The position numbers were made by a program, and so were the translations under genes. A stretch of DNA of 63,645 nt, filler included, from Octopus bimaculoides (taxonomy: Eukaryota), in assembly GCF_001194135.2 (NCBI RefSeq). It is 4 parts of 4 records of this genome, joined end to end, with 100 filler letters (N's around TTAATTAATTAA, not from the genome) between each part and the next. Parts side by side here need not be neighbours in the genome. Positions count along the whole stretch, not along the records: positions 1 to 26,539 come from NC_069008.1; positions 26,640 to 53,373 come from NC_068995.1; 2 more parts are not named here. One strand, given 5' to 3'. Shown piece by piece: positions 25,021 through 39,184 of the stretch (its first letter is position 1; each line of letters opens with the position of its first letter). The notes under the pieces are model-generated. The model had not been told where the DNA came from. It ran no database searches and saw nothing but the letters and a program-made list of their open reading frames with translations.

Positions 25021-25884
25021 TCAATTACACTGCTTCTCTTCTGTATGAATATACTTGTGTATAGTTAAGTGCCCTCTTTGAGAGAATGATTTACCACAGA
25101 TTTCACAATAAAATGGTTTTTCTCCTGTATGAATGAGCATGTGTCTAGTTAAATGGTCATTTCGCGAGAATGATTTGATACACATATCACAGTGAAAAAG
25201 TTTCTCTCCTGTATGGATACGTTTGTGTTTAGTCAAGTTGTCATTCTGAGAGAATGATTTACCACAAATATCACAGGGATATGGTTTTTCTCCTGTGTGA
25301 ATACGTATGTGTGTAGTTAAGCTACCTGTTTGAGAGAATGATTTACCACAGATGCTACAGTGATATGGTTTCTCTTCTGCATGAATGTGCTTATGTTTTG
25401 CTAAAGTGCTTCCATTTGAAAATGATTTACCACAGATATCACACTGATATGGCCTCTCTTCAGTATGAATACGTTTGTGAGTAGTTAAATTACCACTGAG
25501 AGCGAATGACTTACCACAGGTATCACAGTGATATGGTTTCTCTCCTGTATGAATGCGTTTGTGTTTAGTTAAGTGAGTTCCTTCAGAGAATGATTTACCA
25601 CAGATATCACAGTGATATGGTTTTTCACATGTATGAACGCGTTTGTGTGTAGTCAAACTACCGGTCTGTGAGAATGACTTACCACAGATATCACAGTGAT
25701 ATGGTTTATCTCCTGTATGAATGCGTTTGTGAATGGTGAGGCTATCTTTTCGAGTGAATGACTTTTCACAGATGTCACAGTGGTACGATTTTTTTTCTAT
25801 ATCTTTCGGTATCTCATCAAGAAAATCATTTCTTTGAGACTGTGACTTACATTTAACATTATCCTCACACAATTTATCTTCCAT
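25021..25884 (-). CDS. C2H2 zinc-finger protein (ZNF-C), 9 tandem fingers
   Basis: 287-aa ORF with the MEDKLC N-terminus homologous to ZNF-A/B. Acceptor AG at 26261-26262. Confidence 0.95.
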   Translation of the reverse strand: MEDKLCEDNVKCKSQSQRNDFLDEIPKDIEKKSYHCDICEKSFTRKDSLTIHKRIHTGDKPYHCDICGKSFSQTGSLTTHKRVHTCEKPYHCDICGKSFSEGTHLTKHKRIHTGEKPYHCDTCGKSFALSGNLTTHKRIHTEERPYQCDICGKSFSNGSTLAKHKHIHAEEKPYHCSICGKSFSQTGSLTTHIRIHTGEKPYPCDICGKSFSQNDNLTKHKRIHTGEKLFHCDMCIKSFSRNDHLTRHMLIHTGEKPFYCEICGKSFSQRGHLTIHKYIHTEEKQCN

Positions 25885-26539
25885 TACTTTTGTTCTATTT
25901 CATCAATATACAAATGCTTTCCTTTTTATTTATTTTTTAAAATCCCAAATTGAAATTAATTCAGCTCTATTTACTTCAGCTGTGACCTTAGTCAGGATCT
26001 GAAGACATAATAAACTCTTTTGTAATCTAAATTTAATTAGAATTTCAAATCACTGTGATCATATTCCAAATAGTGAAGTAAAGAAATTGTTGACAGTCTT
26101 AGTCAGGGGAAATATTTCAAAGCAAATTCAACACAGATTTATATATATGGGGTTATATGTGTTCTGCATAGCAACTTCCTTTAGTCTTTAAAGATGAAGA
26201 ATATTGGTGATTATATTTGAGGTAAAAAATTATTCTTGAATTCCAATTTCACTTGGTATTCTGAAATAGCACAGAAACAGTATAAACTATAGAGGATTAT
26301 TTTCAAAAAAATTGAGATTCAGCAGTGAAAATTTTACATTTTTATAATAATAAACTATAGTAAGTGCAGGCATGGTTGTGTGGTAAGAAGCTCACTTCCC
26401 AACCACATGGTTTCAGGTTCAGTCCCACTGCGTGGCACCTACTATAACCTCAGACCAACCAAAGCCTTGTAAGTGGATTTGGTAGACAGAAACTAAAAGA
26501 AGCCTGTTGTGTGTGTGAATATATATATATATATATATA

Positions 26540-26639
26540 NNNNNNNNNNNNNNNNNNNNNNNNNNNNNNNNNNNNNNNNNNNNTTAATTAATTAANNNNN
26601 NNNNNNNNNNNNNNNNNNNNNNNNNNNNNNNNNNNNNNN
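26540..26639. other. Artificial 100-bp scaffold join (44 N + TTAATTAATTAA + 44 N); also at 53374-53473 and 62450-62549
   Basis: Three identical layouts; TTAATTAATTAA puts stop codons in all six frames. Confidence 0.95.
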
Positions 26640-27044
26640 AACACAAAGACAAACCAGACCCAAGACCATGTTACCCGTTCCAGAGTATGGACCAGACAAC
26701 CCAAGACGGTCCAAGAGAACCCGTAAAACCCAAGAGAGACTTTGCTGTTGATACTTCTTGTGTAGCATCAATTTCAGTGGGGAGGTGTTATATGGACTGT
26801 TAGATATGTAATTCGTCTGACGTTCCGTGTGTCATGTGGTTCGTCTGAGTTCATTGTTTCATTGTTGTTGTCTTGTGGGACTGTCGTAGTAAAATGTCAT
26901 TGAGATATATATGGCAGACATGACTTTTGTTTATTCATAACGAACATTGGGTGAGTGCGTTCTTTGTATGTAATTGAATAATAAATGTAATATTTAAATT
27001 TGTATAACTCGTTGTATTATCTCTGCGAGTCACCCGAGGGAAAT

Positions 27045-28210
27045 ATAACAGACATCACAATTTTCTCTCACATACAGTCTTGCAATCTGAAATACTTCAG
27101 TTCTTTGGTCCTCATGACACTGAACATAGGCGAACTTCTTTTCTGCTTCTCCCCTGGCTATATATACTTGTCACCTAGCTTCCCTTCTGGCTAGTCAATG
27201 CAATTCCCTGCTACCCCCACTCTCACAGACCTGTTTCTTTGCTCTAATGGCCTTGTCTACAGTATTGTTCCACCACCACATTACCCTAGGTCTGGAAGGT
27301 ACTTTGCACCAGCCACAGATTTGGTATGTGGTGCTCAGCAAGCTTTCTTGCAGGAATTTCCAGTTGCCTTCTATGTCACAAGTCTGTAGCTCCTTCTCCC
27401 TCAAATCAAATTTCTCAGTGAAGATATCCCTGGCCATGTGAAGGGTCCTTAAGCTTCCAAATCCTTCTTTTCCAGATTGGTCTGCTTCTTGGCATCCTTT
27501 TGGCCTGGAGTCACTAATGACTAGTCTATGCTGAAGGGTACATTCTTCACCAGGGAGGGTCTTTGTATTTAAGAGCAACCATGCATCCCACTGTCTGGTG
27601 TGAATTAAATCAATCTGGTTAGCAGAGTCACCTGATTGATAGGTTATCAGGTGGCTAACTGGCTTCCTGAAGTTAGTGTTGGAGATCAATAGGCCATTTG
27701 CATCACAGAACTCCAGGAGCCTAGTTCCCTCTTTGTTTCAGGAACCAATTCCATGTCCCCCATGTACACAATGGAAGATACCAGGTAGCTGTCCAATATG
27801 CCCATTAAAATCTCCAGCCACAAAGATGAGATCATTGTCAATCATCTTTGAGGTAGCCTGCAGAAGAATATCATAAAAGCAATCCTTCTCTTTCATTGGT
27901 AGGCCCGCTTGTGAAGTGCAGACAGAGATAATTGTAGCTATACTATTCTGCAAAACTAACCTGAGTTTAAGTACACTATCGCACACCCTGAGTACCTTTA
28001 TGACCTTATCCACCCATTTCTCTGCAAGAAATATGCCCACACCCCTACTCCGTCACTGTTACCTTCCCAGAAGATTTTATACCTATGTGCTTTGCTTGTG
28101 AGGGCTCTGGCTGAGGACCCTCCCCACCTTACCTCTTGTATGCAGAATGTCCGGTAAGAGAAACAAGATTTCCAGTATTGGTGGTGGGGGCGGGAAAGGG
28201 TGGGCACAAC
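27045..28210 (-). mobile_element. RTE LINE AP-endonuclease fragment
   Basis: CIQEVRWGG, VAGDFNGHIG, NQIDLIH and QHRLVISD motifs in broken frames. Confidence 0.85.
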
Positions 28211-28847
28211 CATGAACAAGAATTATTATTTAGAGAACAGTCCAAAGTATATATGTAGTCAAGAAACTATGAAAATATGAAAATATTTGGCCAGGAGACA
28301 GTAGAAAGAAATATTTAGCCATAATGAGAAACAAGGAAAGGATTATTTTCGAGGGAGAGATTATAATTTTATTTGAAGAATTAATATAAATATTTACAGT
28401 TTATGAAAGTACAGGTCAGCAATGATGTGGGTTAGATGAATGACTGCATGAATAAAGTGATTAAAACACGAGAGAAATTTTTTGCTTAGCTGTGCATATT
28501 TTCAAGTGCCATCAACAACCAAACACTTGGAATAAGCTGTGTGAAAGTCTGATAAAGGGGGACATGCGCAGAGGTCCCTTATATTCATGACAGCCGGAAA
28601 TATACAAAGATGGCAGTTTTGCCCTAGGAAGTAGAAATAGCAGTAAGTAGCCATTGCATCCATGAACAAGAAAGAATTATTTTAGAGAACAGTACTAACA
28701 AGAATAGTATGAAATATATATGTAGCTAAAAAACAATGAAAATACAAAGATGACAGTACAAAGAAATATTTAGCCACACGTAGAAGAGAGAATTATTTTA
28801 GACAACAGTATGAACAAGAATTATTTTAGAGAACAATAATATATATA

Positions 28848-30850
28848 TCATCATCATCATCATCGTTTAACGTCCGTTTTCCATGCTGGCATGGGTTGGA
28901 CGGTTTGACTGAGGTCTGGAGAGCCAGCAGCTGCACCAGGCTCCAATCTGATCTGGCAATGTTTCTACAGCTGGATGCCCTTCCTAACACCAACCACTCC
29001 TAGAGTGTAGTGGGTGCTTTTTACATGCCACCGGCACGGGAGCCAATCAGGGGACAATGGCATCAACCACATTCACATAGTGCTTTTTACATACCACCAC
29101 ACCAGCACTGGAGCCAGTCAGGGAGCACTGGCCACAGCTACAATATTGGTTTTACTTGACTCAAAAGGTCTTCTCAAGAACATCATATTGCCCGATGCAT
29201 CGGGGTATTCTTAACTGGGACGGACATGCGTGGCTGCGATCTCACTTTAGTTGCCGGGTCTTCCCAATCACAGCATATTTCCAAAGGTCTCGGTTTCCTG
29301 GCATTGCCTCTGTGAGGCCCAATGTTCGAAGGTCATGCTTCCCCACCTCATCCCATGTCTTCCTGGGTCTACCTATTCTACAGGTTCCTTCCACATTTAG
29401 GGAGTGGCACTTCCTCACACAGCTGTCCTCATCCATACATAGCACATGACCATACCAGTGCAGTTGTCTCTCTTGCATACCACATTTGATGCTTCTTATG
29501 TCCAACTTTTCTCTCAGGACACTTACACTCTGTCATGTATGCACACTGACACTACACATCCAGCGGATCATACTAGCTTCATTTAAGTCTACGCATGTCC
29601 ACAGAAGTCATGGCCCATGTTTCACTGCCATGTAGCATGGCAGTTCACATACATGCATCATACAGTCTACCTTTCATCCCGAGCAAGAGGCCCTTAGTTG
29701 CCAGCAAAGATAGGAGCTCCCTGAACTTTGCCCAGGCTATTCTTATTCTAGCCGCTACACTCTCAGAGCAACTACCCCCCCCCCCNNNNNNNNNNNNNNN
29801 NNNNNNNNNCCCCCCCAGACTTGGTCGCCTAGGTAGCAGAAGTTATTAACTACTTGTAGTTTCTCCCCCTGGCATGTGATGGGATTTGTTTTCTGTACAT
29901 CTTCAGTGTTTATTGCCCCTGTGCATCTGCCACATACAAAGACTATCTCCCTGGTTAACCTTCCTTTAATATTGCTGCACCTTTTATGTGCTCGTAGCTT
30001 ACACCAGGTACATTGTATGGAGTTTCTACCGACGCCTTTTCTACAGATCAAGCAGAGCCATCTATCTGAAGGGGTTTGTGATTTGACAGCCTTCCTACTA
30101 ACTAAGACTTTGGTTTTTGCGAGGTTAACCCTAAGGCCCTTTGATTCTAGACCTTGCTTCCACACCCTAAACTTCATCTCTAGTTCTGGCAGTGACTCAG
30201 CTATTAGAGCAAGGTCATCAGCATAGAGGAGCTCCCAAGGGGCAGCCTGTCTTGAATTCCTGTTATTGCCTGGAGGACTATAATGAACAAGAGGGGGCTG
30301 AGGACTGATCCTTGATGAACCCCTACTTCTACTCAGAATTCTTCACTATACTCGTTGCCAGCCCCCAACTTACTGACAGCATCCCTGTACAGGGCTTATA
30401 CAGCTTTTACAAACCACTACCCCCAGTTTCCGCATTGACCGCCAGATAAGGAATCAGAGGACCCTGTCAAAAGCTTTCTCTAAATCAGAAAAAGCCACGT
30501 ACAGAGGTTTATGTTTGGCTAGATATTTCTCCTGCAGTTGTCTTACCAGAAATACAGCATCAGTGGTGCCTGGCACAAAACCAAACTGCAACTCATCTAG
30601 GTTAACTCACCCCCTAATTATTTGGGCTATGATCCGCTCTGTAACTTTCATCACCTGATCCAATAATTTGACATTCCTGTAGTTATTTCTATCTAAAGCA
30701 TCACCTTTACTCTTATAGTAGACTATGGTGCTGCTACACCAATCATTGGGTATGACTCCTTCATGAACTACCTGATTTACGATGTGAGTGACAAGACCAT
30801 AACCCACACCGCCCAATATTTTAAGCATCTCAGTGGTAATTCCTGATGGG
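28848..30850 (-). mobile_element. RTE-clade LINE, 3' part, frameshifted
   Basis: ORF fragments 30607-30828, 29755-30177 and 29242-29505 match the RTE RT and C-terminus. (GAT)n tail at ~28848-28864. Confidence 0.9.
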
Positions 30851-32149
30851 GAATATATATATATATATATATATGTATGGATATATAAACGAAAATAACA
30901 TTCTTACCTGATAGGTTATCAATCTGATATCATCCAACTCAGACAGCTACACAGATGACCACCCTTGCATGTTTGTTATTCTGTCCATCTCTTAGACACA
31001 ACTTGACACGTCATTGGCTCTAAAGGAATTATGTCAATCTATCTGTCTCACAGCTCCCAACCTTACAACACCTACCTCCATAATGGATATTCACCAACAG
31101 TTAGATTTACACTCTCAGATTTGTATGACTGTTCATCTCGTAACTACAACACTTTTTTCATACCTCTAGACTGAGATCACTGTCTGACACAATCACTTCA
31201 CAGTTAAGGACCTACCTTCCAATCTGTCAATCTAGGCACTGTTACTTTTCACATTATCTGGCACAATACATTCACACACCTTACTTAAACACTGAAAATA
31301 TTCCAGTAACAGAACTTCCACAAGATTTTTCAATCTGTAGATGGAGCAATCATTCTCACGAAATATTACACATATTTTCAATGAAGACAACATCTTAAAA
31401 CCTCTCCTTCCAAGACAGCACCAAAACAACCATTACTCTTCCTATAATCCTGTGGCATACACAGGACTATTCTGCTATAGCAGTGGTTCCCACCAGGGAT
31501 GGGTCTGCAAAGGTAACACTGAGGGCTCAACAGCTGTGTTCAACATTTTAAATGTCTACAGTGTAAAATGTATAATTACTCTCTATGAGGTTGATAAAAA
31601 TAATGTTTGGAACTTTACACAGATCTGCCATAAGATTGACTTCAACATGGCCTCAGAATATGATAGAAGCATTCTGAATATACAATGACTGCTTGTGCGT
31701 TTGTTTGATTCCTGAACTTTAATACTCAATTGTATTAGCAAAGATATTATAGTACAGCAAGGTTCAAAACTGTTACTGTGTATTGTAAATATGGAATATA
31801 TGACATTTCATCGTGTATCTGCTCAGCTACAAATTTAGCACTAGTGTCATCAATGTAAAGGACCACATGTTAATGCAGCACATAACTGTTTGACTAGCAT
31901 TAATTTAAAGAATTACATCTGAACATGACATATTTGGATAAACTCACTAGGATACATATACTTTTATGAATTACTCTCTTCATAACAGCATTAACTACGT
32001 CAATGAAAAAAGTTCTTTATATATCTAACCATATAATCCCTGTTAATTAGGGACTGCTGGTTAAAAATTGGAAATACATTAAAATGAAAAAAATATTAAA
32101 ACAACAGGTAGAGATATACCTTGAACCAATATTTTTTCCAATACAGGTT

Positions 32150-33090
32150 CAAGTTTTAAGATGGGAAACTTGTAAATACTGTGATGAATACATATCATGT
32201 AGATTTATATACAGCTACGATGATGACAAAGAAAAACCACAGTGTGTGCTGTCCAATGAAAGCATGAAATCAGTCAAACTTTGCCAACATTTAGAAATGA
32301 AACAAAGAAAACATTAACAAACCAGTTGAATATTTTCAAAGACAGCAAGAACTACTTTTGTGTAAAAAATTGGAAAACCACACACAGCCAGTAAAAGAAC
32401 TAATTCCAATTGTCTCTCGAATGCATGGAGACAAACTAGCCATGACTATGATCTCACTTGGTTTGACAGGTTTTCTCAAGCACAGTATATTGCCAAAGGT
32501 CTCAGTCATTTGTCAAACAATACTAAGAAGCTGCAAAGAGAAGACATTTCTGATATGTTGGTTTCAAATTTTGGCACAAAGCCAGACATTTTGAGGGAGG
32601 GGGGCTAGGCCGATTACATCAACTCCAGTGCTCAACTGGTACTCATTTTATCAACTCTGAAAGAATGAAGGGCAAAGTCAACCTTGGCAGAATTTTAACC
32701 CAGAATGCAAGGATGGACAAAATGCCACAAAGAATTTTGCCATGTATGCTAACAATTCTGCCAGCTTGCTGCCTTCATGTTAGTGAAAAAAATGCTTAAA
32801 GGTGAATACTATTCCTTAAAATAGTACAGATATTTTCAACTCTGCTGATTTGTTTGCATTCATACAGTATGAATTTGACAGAATGATCAATGAAATTTGG
32901 TGGTCAAAATGTGTAGGAGTCAGTACAGATTTTGGTATTTTCCTGTAATGCCAGGAAAATACAGAAAATTCAATTAATACCAAATGTCAAATGGTGTAGA
33001 GAGGAATTTGCAGTAAGAAACATGCCAGGAACAGTGAAGATGATACAGGAAAAAGCAGAAAGCAATTAATTTTATAAAAGCTCATCTATC
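32150..33090 (+). mobile_element. hAT (Buster/Charlie-like) transposase remnant interrupted by repeats
   Basis: KYCDEY...EKPQCVLSNESMKSVKLCQHLE; STDIFNSADLFAFIQY; WSKCVGVSTD. Confidence 0.7.
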
Positions 33091-33124
33091 CATCAAGCCA
33101 AGTGAAATCACAGTTGTGGTTGAT

Positions 33125-33530
33125 GCCAGTATTATAAACAGTGCGAAAGTGGGCAGCTGAATTAAGGAGAAAAAGGGAGAGTCTTGAAGATGACCCAAGG
33201 TCTGGACATCCTGCAACTGCCACCATTGAAGAAAATATCATTGATTGTGTTCACTACATGGTGATGGATGACAGGCGATTGACTATAAATCAAATAGCCA
33301 ATGCTATTAGCATATCCCATGAGAGAGTTGAGAATATCCTGCACAATGAACTCAGCATGGTGAAGATTTCTGCTCAGTGGGTGCCACGTCTTCTGACACC
33401 TGATTACATTCAACACCAGGCTGATAACATCACAGTAAAATCTGACATTATTTGAGGCAGATCCAGTTTGTTTCCTTGAATGTTTCCTAAACCAGGATGA
33501 GTGTTGGGTTCATCAATGTGAGCTGAGAGG
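33125..33530 (+). mobile_element. mariner transposase fragment
   Basis: ESLEDDPRSGHP...DDRRLTINQIA...SAQWVPRLLT. Confidence 0.85.
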
Positions 33531-34089
33531 ATTAAAAGGAATCAGAAGTAGTGGGCAAGAAGAGGAACAACATGGGCATGGATATGTTATGCATGAGGAG
33601 AATAATAGTTGGGGAAAAGAATATCAAGCAATCTTAATGGAAAGAACTTGCACAAATTGAGAGAGACAGGCAGAAGTGGCAAAAATTGATCTCAAAATAT
33701 TGTGAAGGAAATGGCAAGTGATTGTGACAAGTGGCAAGATACAGTGCTGGAGATGTGACAAGTGGCAAGATGCTGTGTCTGTCCACTCATGCAGCATGGG
33801 AGAAGAGGTGTAAAATGAGTATGATGATTACACATTCCATCTTAACTAATCCATGCTGCTTCACTTTAACATTTGTACACCTCTACACACACCCCACCCT
33901 CTTATGCCCATTTCAGAACACAGATATACTCCTATACATGTACACATACACACACATCCTCCCTTCTTAACCCCCTACCCTACCCTAGTTTCACATTCCC
34001 ACCTAGTTCCTAACCCCTCACCCACTTATTTTCTTTCTGCTGTGAGAGAAAAATTTCCCAGGTGAAACTGGCCATACTATCTTTAGCAT

Positions 34090-34378
34090 GATTGACTCTT
34101 AAAGCTTCATTTCCATAGACAGAAAAAATATTTCTTGCCATTTCTATTGCTGAAGACACCCTTCTGAATTCCTACAGCATACAGTGTTGGATATAGGTCT
34201 GATTTCAAAAGGGTAAAAGTCGATACAAATTCAACCACCGTGGAATAAAGTGATCTGCACAGAAAGAAACTAACATCAGAACATAAAAAGCAATGATTAT
34301 TTTACAGTAAGCATTAAACAAATGCTCTGAAAGTGATCATGACAAAAATGCAAGAAGGTTTTCTCTCCAACTTTATCT
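34090..34378 (-). mobile_element. mariner 5' end remnant
   Basis: TIR-like AAAGTTGGAGAGAAAA; ARNIFSVYGNEAL resembles a mariner HTH N-terminus. Confidence 0.45.
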
Positions 34379-36483
34379 TTATATGTATATACTTTTATTC
34401 TTTTACTTGTTTCAGCCATGCTGGGGTGCTACCTTGAAGAATTTTTAGTCAAATGAATCAATCCCAGGACTTACTTTTTTAAAGCTGGGTACTTATTCTA
34501 TTGGTCTCTTTTGCCAAGCAGCTAAGTTATGGAGGCATAAACACACCAACACCAGTTCCAAAATCTGTCCCACTGTGAGGTACCTTGGGCAGAAGTCTTC
34601 TATCAGAATCTTGGACCAACCAAAGCCTTGTGAGTGGAGTTAGTACTACACAGAAACTTAAAGAAGCCTGTCATGTGTATTGTGTGTGTGTGTGTGTCTG
34701 CCTGTCTGTCTGTTGGGCTTTGTCCCCCAACACTATATGACAACCATTGCCGGTGTGTTTATGTTCCTGTAAATTAGCAGTTTGACAAAAAAAAAAAAAA
34801 AAAAAGAGTAAGCAAATCCATGCTGTTGCAAATGCATGTGCAAATGAGGATGCACACCACAGAAAGACAGAATGAACTAAACAGAACAGGAGGAAACACA
34901 CGAGATAGAGAATCGCTGAAGGGGTCACAGCATGTGTAACGAAAGATTTCAGACTAAGGACACTAAAATAATAATAATAATAATAATAAAGCTGAAGTGA
35001 TGAACAAGTATATACTGCTTGTGGTTAGTAGGCAAGAAAAAAAAATGACCATCCCCAAATATAACAATATGTGTATGTCCATTTAATTTAAGTTTCTCTC
35101 CCTCACTACCTCAAATGTCAGAACTCTTACAACTACCAGCATCTCTTCAGCCTCTTGAATCATAAAAGATGACTTTGTACATTACACAGACCTCAATCTT
35201 TCCCAATTTCTAAATTGTAACCAATATTTTCAGTTCCATACCAAAAAGAATTTCCAACAATTTTGCAGCATCCCTTATAATTCCATATCAAAGTCACAAT
35301 AGTTCTGTGAGCAGTAACCTCTGAAGAGAAAGGTTTCATTTTTGCAGCCAACTCCACACTACACACACTTAGCAAATCTCCAATCCCATCCCCTTTCTGT
35401 CATTTTGCATGAACACACACACTAAAGTAGCTTCAGTTATTTCAAGCCAACAAAGACACTGCTCCTGTTGGTGTTCCTTTCCATTACCCTCAAACATTGC
35501 TTCCCACAGCTAGTTCCTATACTCCCCAAGCTTTTCATTTTCTCCCTTTCTACAGAGCTATATCCAGATCTTTGGGAACATGCGAAGTTATCCCATTCCA
35601 AGAAAGACCATTCCTCTGACCTTCCAATTATCATTTTATTGCAGTCACATTCTATGCCTCAAAAGATAATGTAGATTGCCTTTAATATTGAAGTTCTCCA
35701 GTTTTTTGGATATCTGTCCTTTCTCAATAAGCACAAATATGACTTCTGTAGAGCCAGAAGATAAATTCTCTACATAGCTCAAGTGTGTATTACTTTTATA
35801 CACAGGGTGGTGGTGCTGCTGCTGCTGCACACATCTGTCTAACTCACATAAATTCATTCGCAGACAGAGACATGTAGTGTGCTTACTCCATGGGCACACT
35901 GTCTCAGCTCTCTACTTTTTTTTTGTTGCTACTGTAATGACCTCAGTACCTTAGAGTTGGTTGGATTCATACTACCTCACCTCAGGCATTCCTGTTCTAC
36001 TTGTCTCTCCTCTTCACCATTCTTGCGTGGGACCTCATTTCTAGGCTCTGCACTAACCATTATACCCAGACTCTTCTTCCTAAAATGTTGATTCACTGGT
36101 ATTCCCTCCTTATACATTTCCCACAGCTGTTAACTTATAAAAGTTCAAGAGAAACATTAATAACACCAATCTTGCCAGTCTAGGAGAGCCTACGAAGGCT
36201 ATAGGCACTGCTCCTTCTTCCAGAGCCAACAAAAACACACATACACACAGACACAAAGAGATACAAATATGTTACAGTAAATCATCACCTCTTTCATGAG
36301 GCTCAGCCTTCATCGCCTTTACCCATCAATGTTTCTTCTCAACTGACAATTCTTTACTCAAGAATGTTGTTTAGTTAATAACCACCAATAATTTACTGAC
36401 CCTAACTGAGCAGCTGAAAAACCAAAAGTTGAGAAGTTTTGTTAGCCTCCTCCACCAACAGACGGAATAAAGATGGTTCTTAC

Positions 36484-36665
36484 TCTGAGATCATCTTTGA
36501 CAATTCGGCTTGCAGCAGACACATTCTCTTTTAGGTTTCTTGTTAACATGAGCATTTCCTCAGCCAGTTTGCCTTGCATCTGATTGCAATGTTGTAAAAT
36601 GGTATCTAAGTCAGTGTCATTTTCAGTAGTCTTTCTTTGGCGTAAATCACCAGCAGCTGAAGTGT
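36484..36665 (-). CDS. USE1: USE1 SNARE-helix exon, DLDTILQHCNQMQGKLAEEMLMLTRNLKENVSAASRIVKDD
   Basis: 182 nt, T-rich TGTAG acceptor and GTAAGA donor, phase 1 to 0. Resembles human [40 protein letters not shown] (recalled). All four exon phases chain without a stop. Confidence 0.92.
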
Positions 36666-39184
36666 CTACAAAAAAAAAAAATTTTGTTCATACGTAGTCA
36701 CGAACATAAAGAAAAATGTATAGAATACGGCAGAATTCCTCAGTGCTGATGCTACTGTTATGAGAAAATGTATCCAGTATACCTAATAACGTAGTTAGTG
36801 ATTGAGCACGTTCAATGCTGGGTCAAAAGGAACCTTTAATCTTTTCAAGGATATGGCAACCTCTCTAGCACTGGTGCCATGATAAAATGCACCCAGTACA
36901 CTCAGTGAAGTGGTTGATGTCTGGAAGGGCTCCAACAGTACAAACCACATCAAAAACAGAATGTACAAGGAAGATGTAGTCCTCCATCTCATTTAGGAGG
37001 TCAGTAACACCAAATAAGAATTGACTAAGGTTATGATAACTTGTCCAGCCCATACCAGATTCGAAAGTAGACATAAAATGATGATGATCATCATGATACA
37101 ATTACCTTCTCTCTCATATAGTGATTGTTTATAAAGATTTATATCTCCCCTTCTGATTAGATACATCATCAGATACTGACTCATACATCTTGAATCCAAT
37201 TTCACAGTATGTCTTAAGTATTGGTGTTTCACTCACAATCCTACATTTATAATCCTACATTTATAATGTTCACTGTGCTGTCAGGGGTAGGCATCAGATC
37301 ATCTAATAGTATTAATCCCAATAAACCATAATTCTTTGACAAAGGAAAGCTTACCCTCCTTTGGCTTAAACATCACACAACTGGACATATTTAGAAGTAT
37401 TCGCTCTTTTAACATAGTATTTTCTCAGTCACCAGCCCAATAGAAACCCTATTATTGTTTTATAGAAGCTAGAATTAATAAAACATTTATAGAAGCTACA
37501 AATCAATTATAACAGCTGCTTATTATTTTACAATAAAAATGGTGAATGAAGATAGTTTCTTGTTGAGTAATGCTGGCCAACTCAGCTCCAATATACCAAT
37601 AATTTGGTGAGTGATGAGAATATCTGGAGCAGAAGGATGTTACAGATGGCTTCAGTTCTGAATGGAAAGGAGTGGACACTGTGTGTAAGATCTGGGAAGG
37701 AAGTAATGATTGGGCAAGGAGAAAGGACAGGGATGTTTAAGTGAGAAGGGGATTGCATATACTCAGAGTGTTCTTAGAAATAGATAAAGTTAAAAGAAGA
37801 AGGTTTATAAAGAAAGGTCTAGTGGAAGAGTACTGATAACTGAGCAACAGCAGAAGAGTGTTAGTTAGTAATTGTGCAACTGGATGATTGAAAAAATGTA
37901 GAAGAATGTTGGAGATTGAGTACCTGTAAAAGAGTTGTTGGTGAATGAAGAATGAGGGCTTTAGAAAAAATGGGAAGGAATAATGGAGATAGAATATTTT
38001 ATTGTTGTTATTATTATTATCAACCTGTTTGTTATATTTCTATTTGAATACTCAACCCTTTTACTATTAATTTGAAATAACAAAAAATTTAGTAAGATAA
38101 CTTTGTCATTATTAAGCTGGTATTAGGGACATAACATAAAAGTTTGTGGAAGGCTATAATTCAGTAAGTTTGTATGATGGACTCAGAGGTGAGATGAGGA
38201 GGTGCAAAAGTCTTTGACTTTTGAGGGCTTTCTTAAATTGGTGATGTTGCTTGCAATCACATGCAAACATCTCTTACATATGTTGTCGAGACTGTGTGCA
38301 TGTGTTTGCAGGGTTTTTGTAGCACCCACAAACATTTGTTGGATGTATCACTAAACAATATTGCCTGAATTAAATAAACAAACAAGAGTAAAGATCGTAA
38401 ATGAGATGTTCCTAACCTGCTCCTACAAATTACATGCAACCAACTTAAGAAATCCACTTACATACTGACAAAGAATATAAGCAGCCTTGGAAAAGCTCAG
38501 TGGTCAGCTTAAATTTTTCTGAATGCAAATTGAGGAATTCATTAAGATATGTGAACAGTACTCTAGTAGAATTTATATATCACTTGTTTTAACAGTCACC
38601 AACTGTTTTTCTTAATTGTGACTGTGAAAAGGACTTTGTACCAACAGTCACTCGATGTTGCCAATTCTGGCCATGACAAGGAAACTTACAGTACACTACC
38701 AGTCGTGTGAAATACGTGTGTTTTTAAACGCTGTAAGACCATCAAACAGTGAATTCTAAAATTTTCTGAGTGCAATATAATTTTAGCTAGTTGTGAGGTT
38801 ATGACAATCTGGCAATGTTTTCATTAAATATGTTTTAGAACTGTTGAATGAGACCTGTCTGCCTTTTGATGGCTGTTTTTGGTGCCTCTATTCATTTAAG
38901 TAACAAATATATTTTACACATATCAATATGATTACTTTCACCTTCTTTTCTCGCTAACCACTCAGCCAAACATTATTTTATTTCAAGAGTATAAACAAAA
39001 ATATATGTTAAACCAACCTCGCTCATATTATCAGCTGCATCGATCTAAGGGACAAAACTCTGTATATAGAATAACATCCTATCAAAGTAAATTCTTAGTT
39101 TTTTTGCTTTTTTTCATATTCTAAGAACAAACATATTTATCATGTTCAGACGTACGCAAGAAGACGTTTCACTGCAGTAAAACT

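Noticed and set aside
38250-38720. Candidate exons inside the large USE1 intron (also ~44600-44635 and ~46957-46986)
   Set aside because: USE1 homology is continuous without them, and their peptides are unrecognisable or out of phase.
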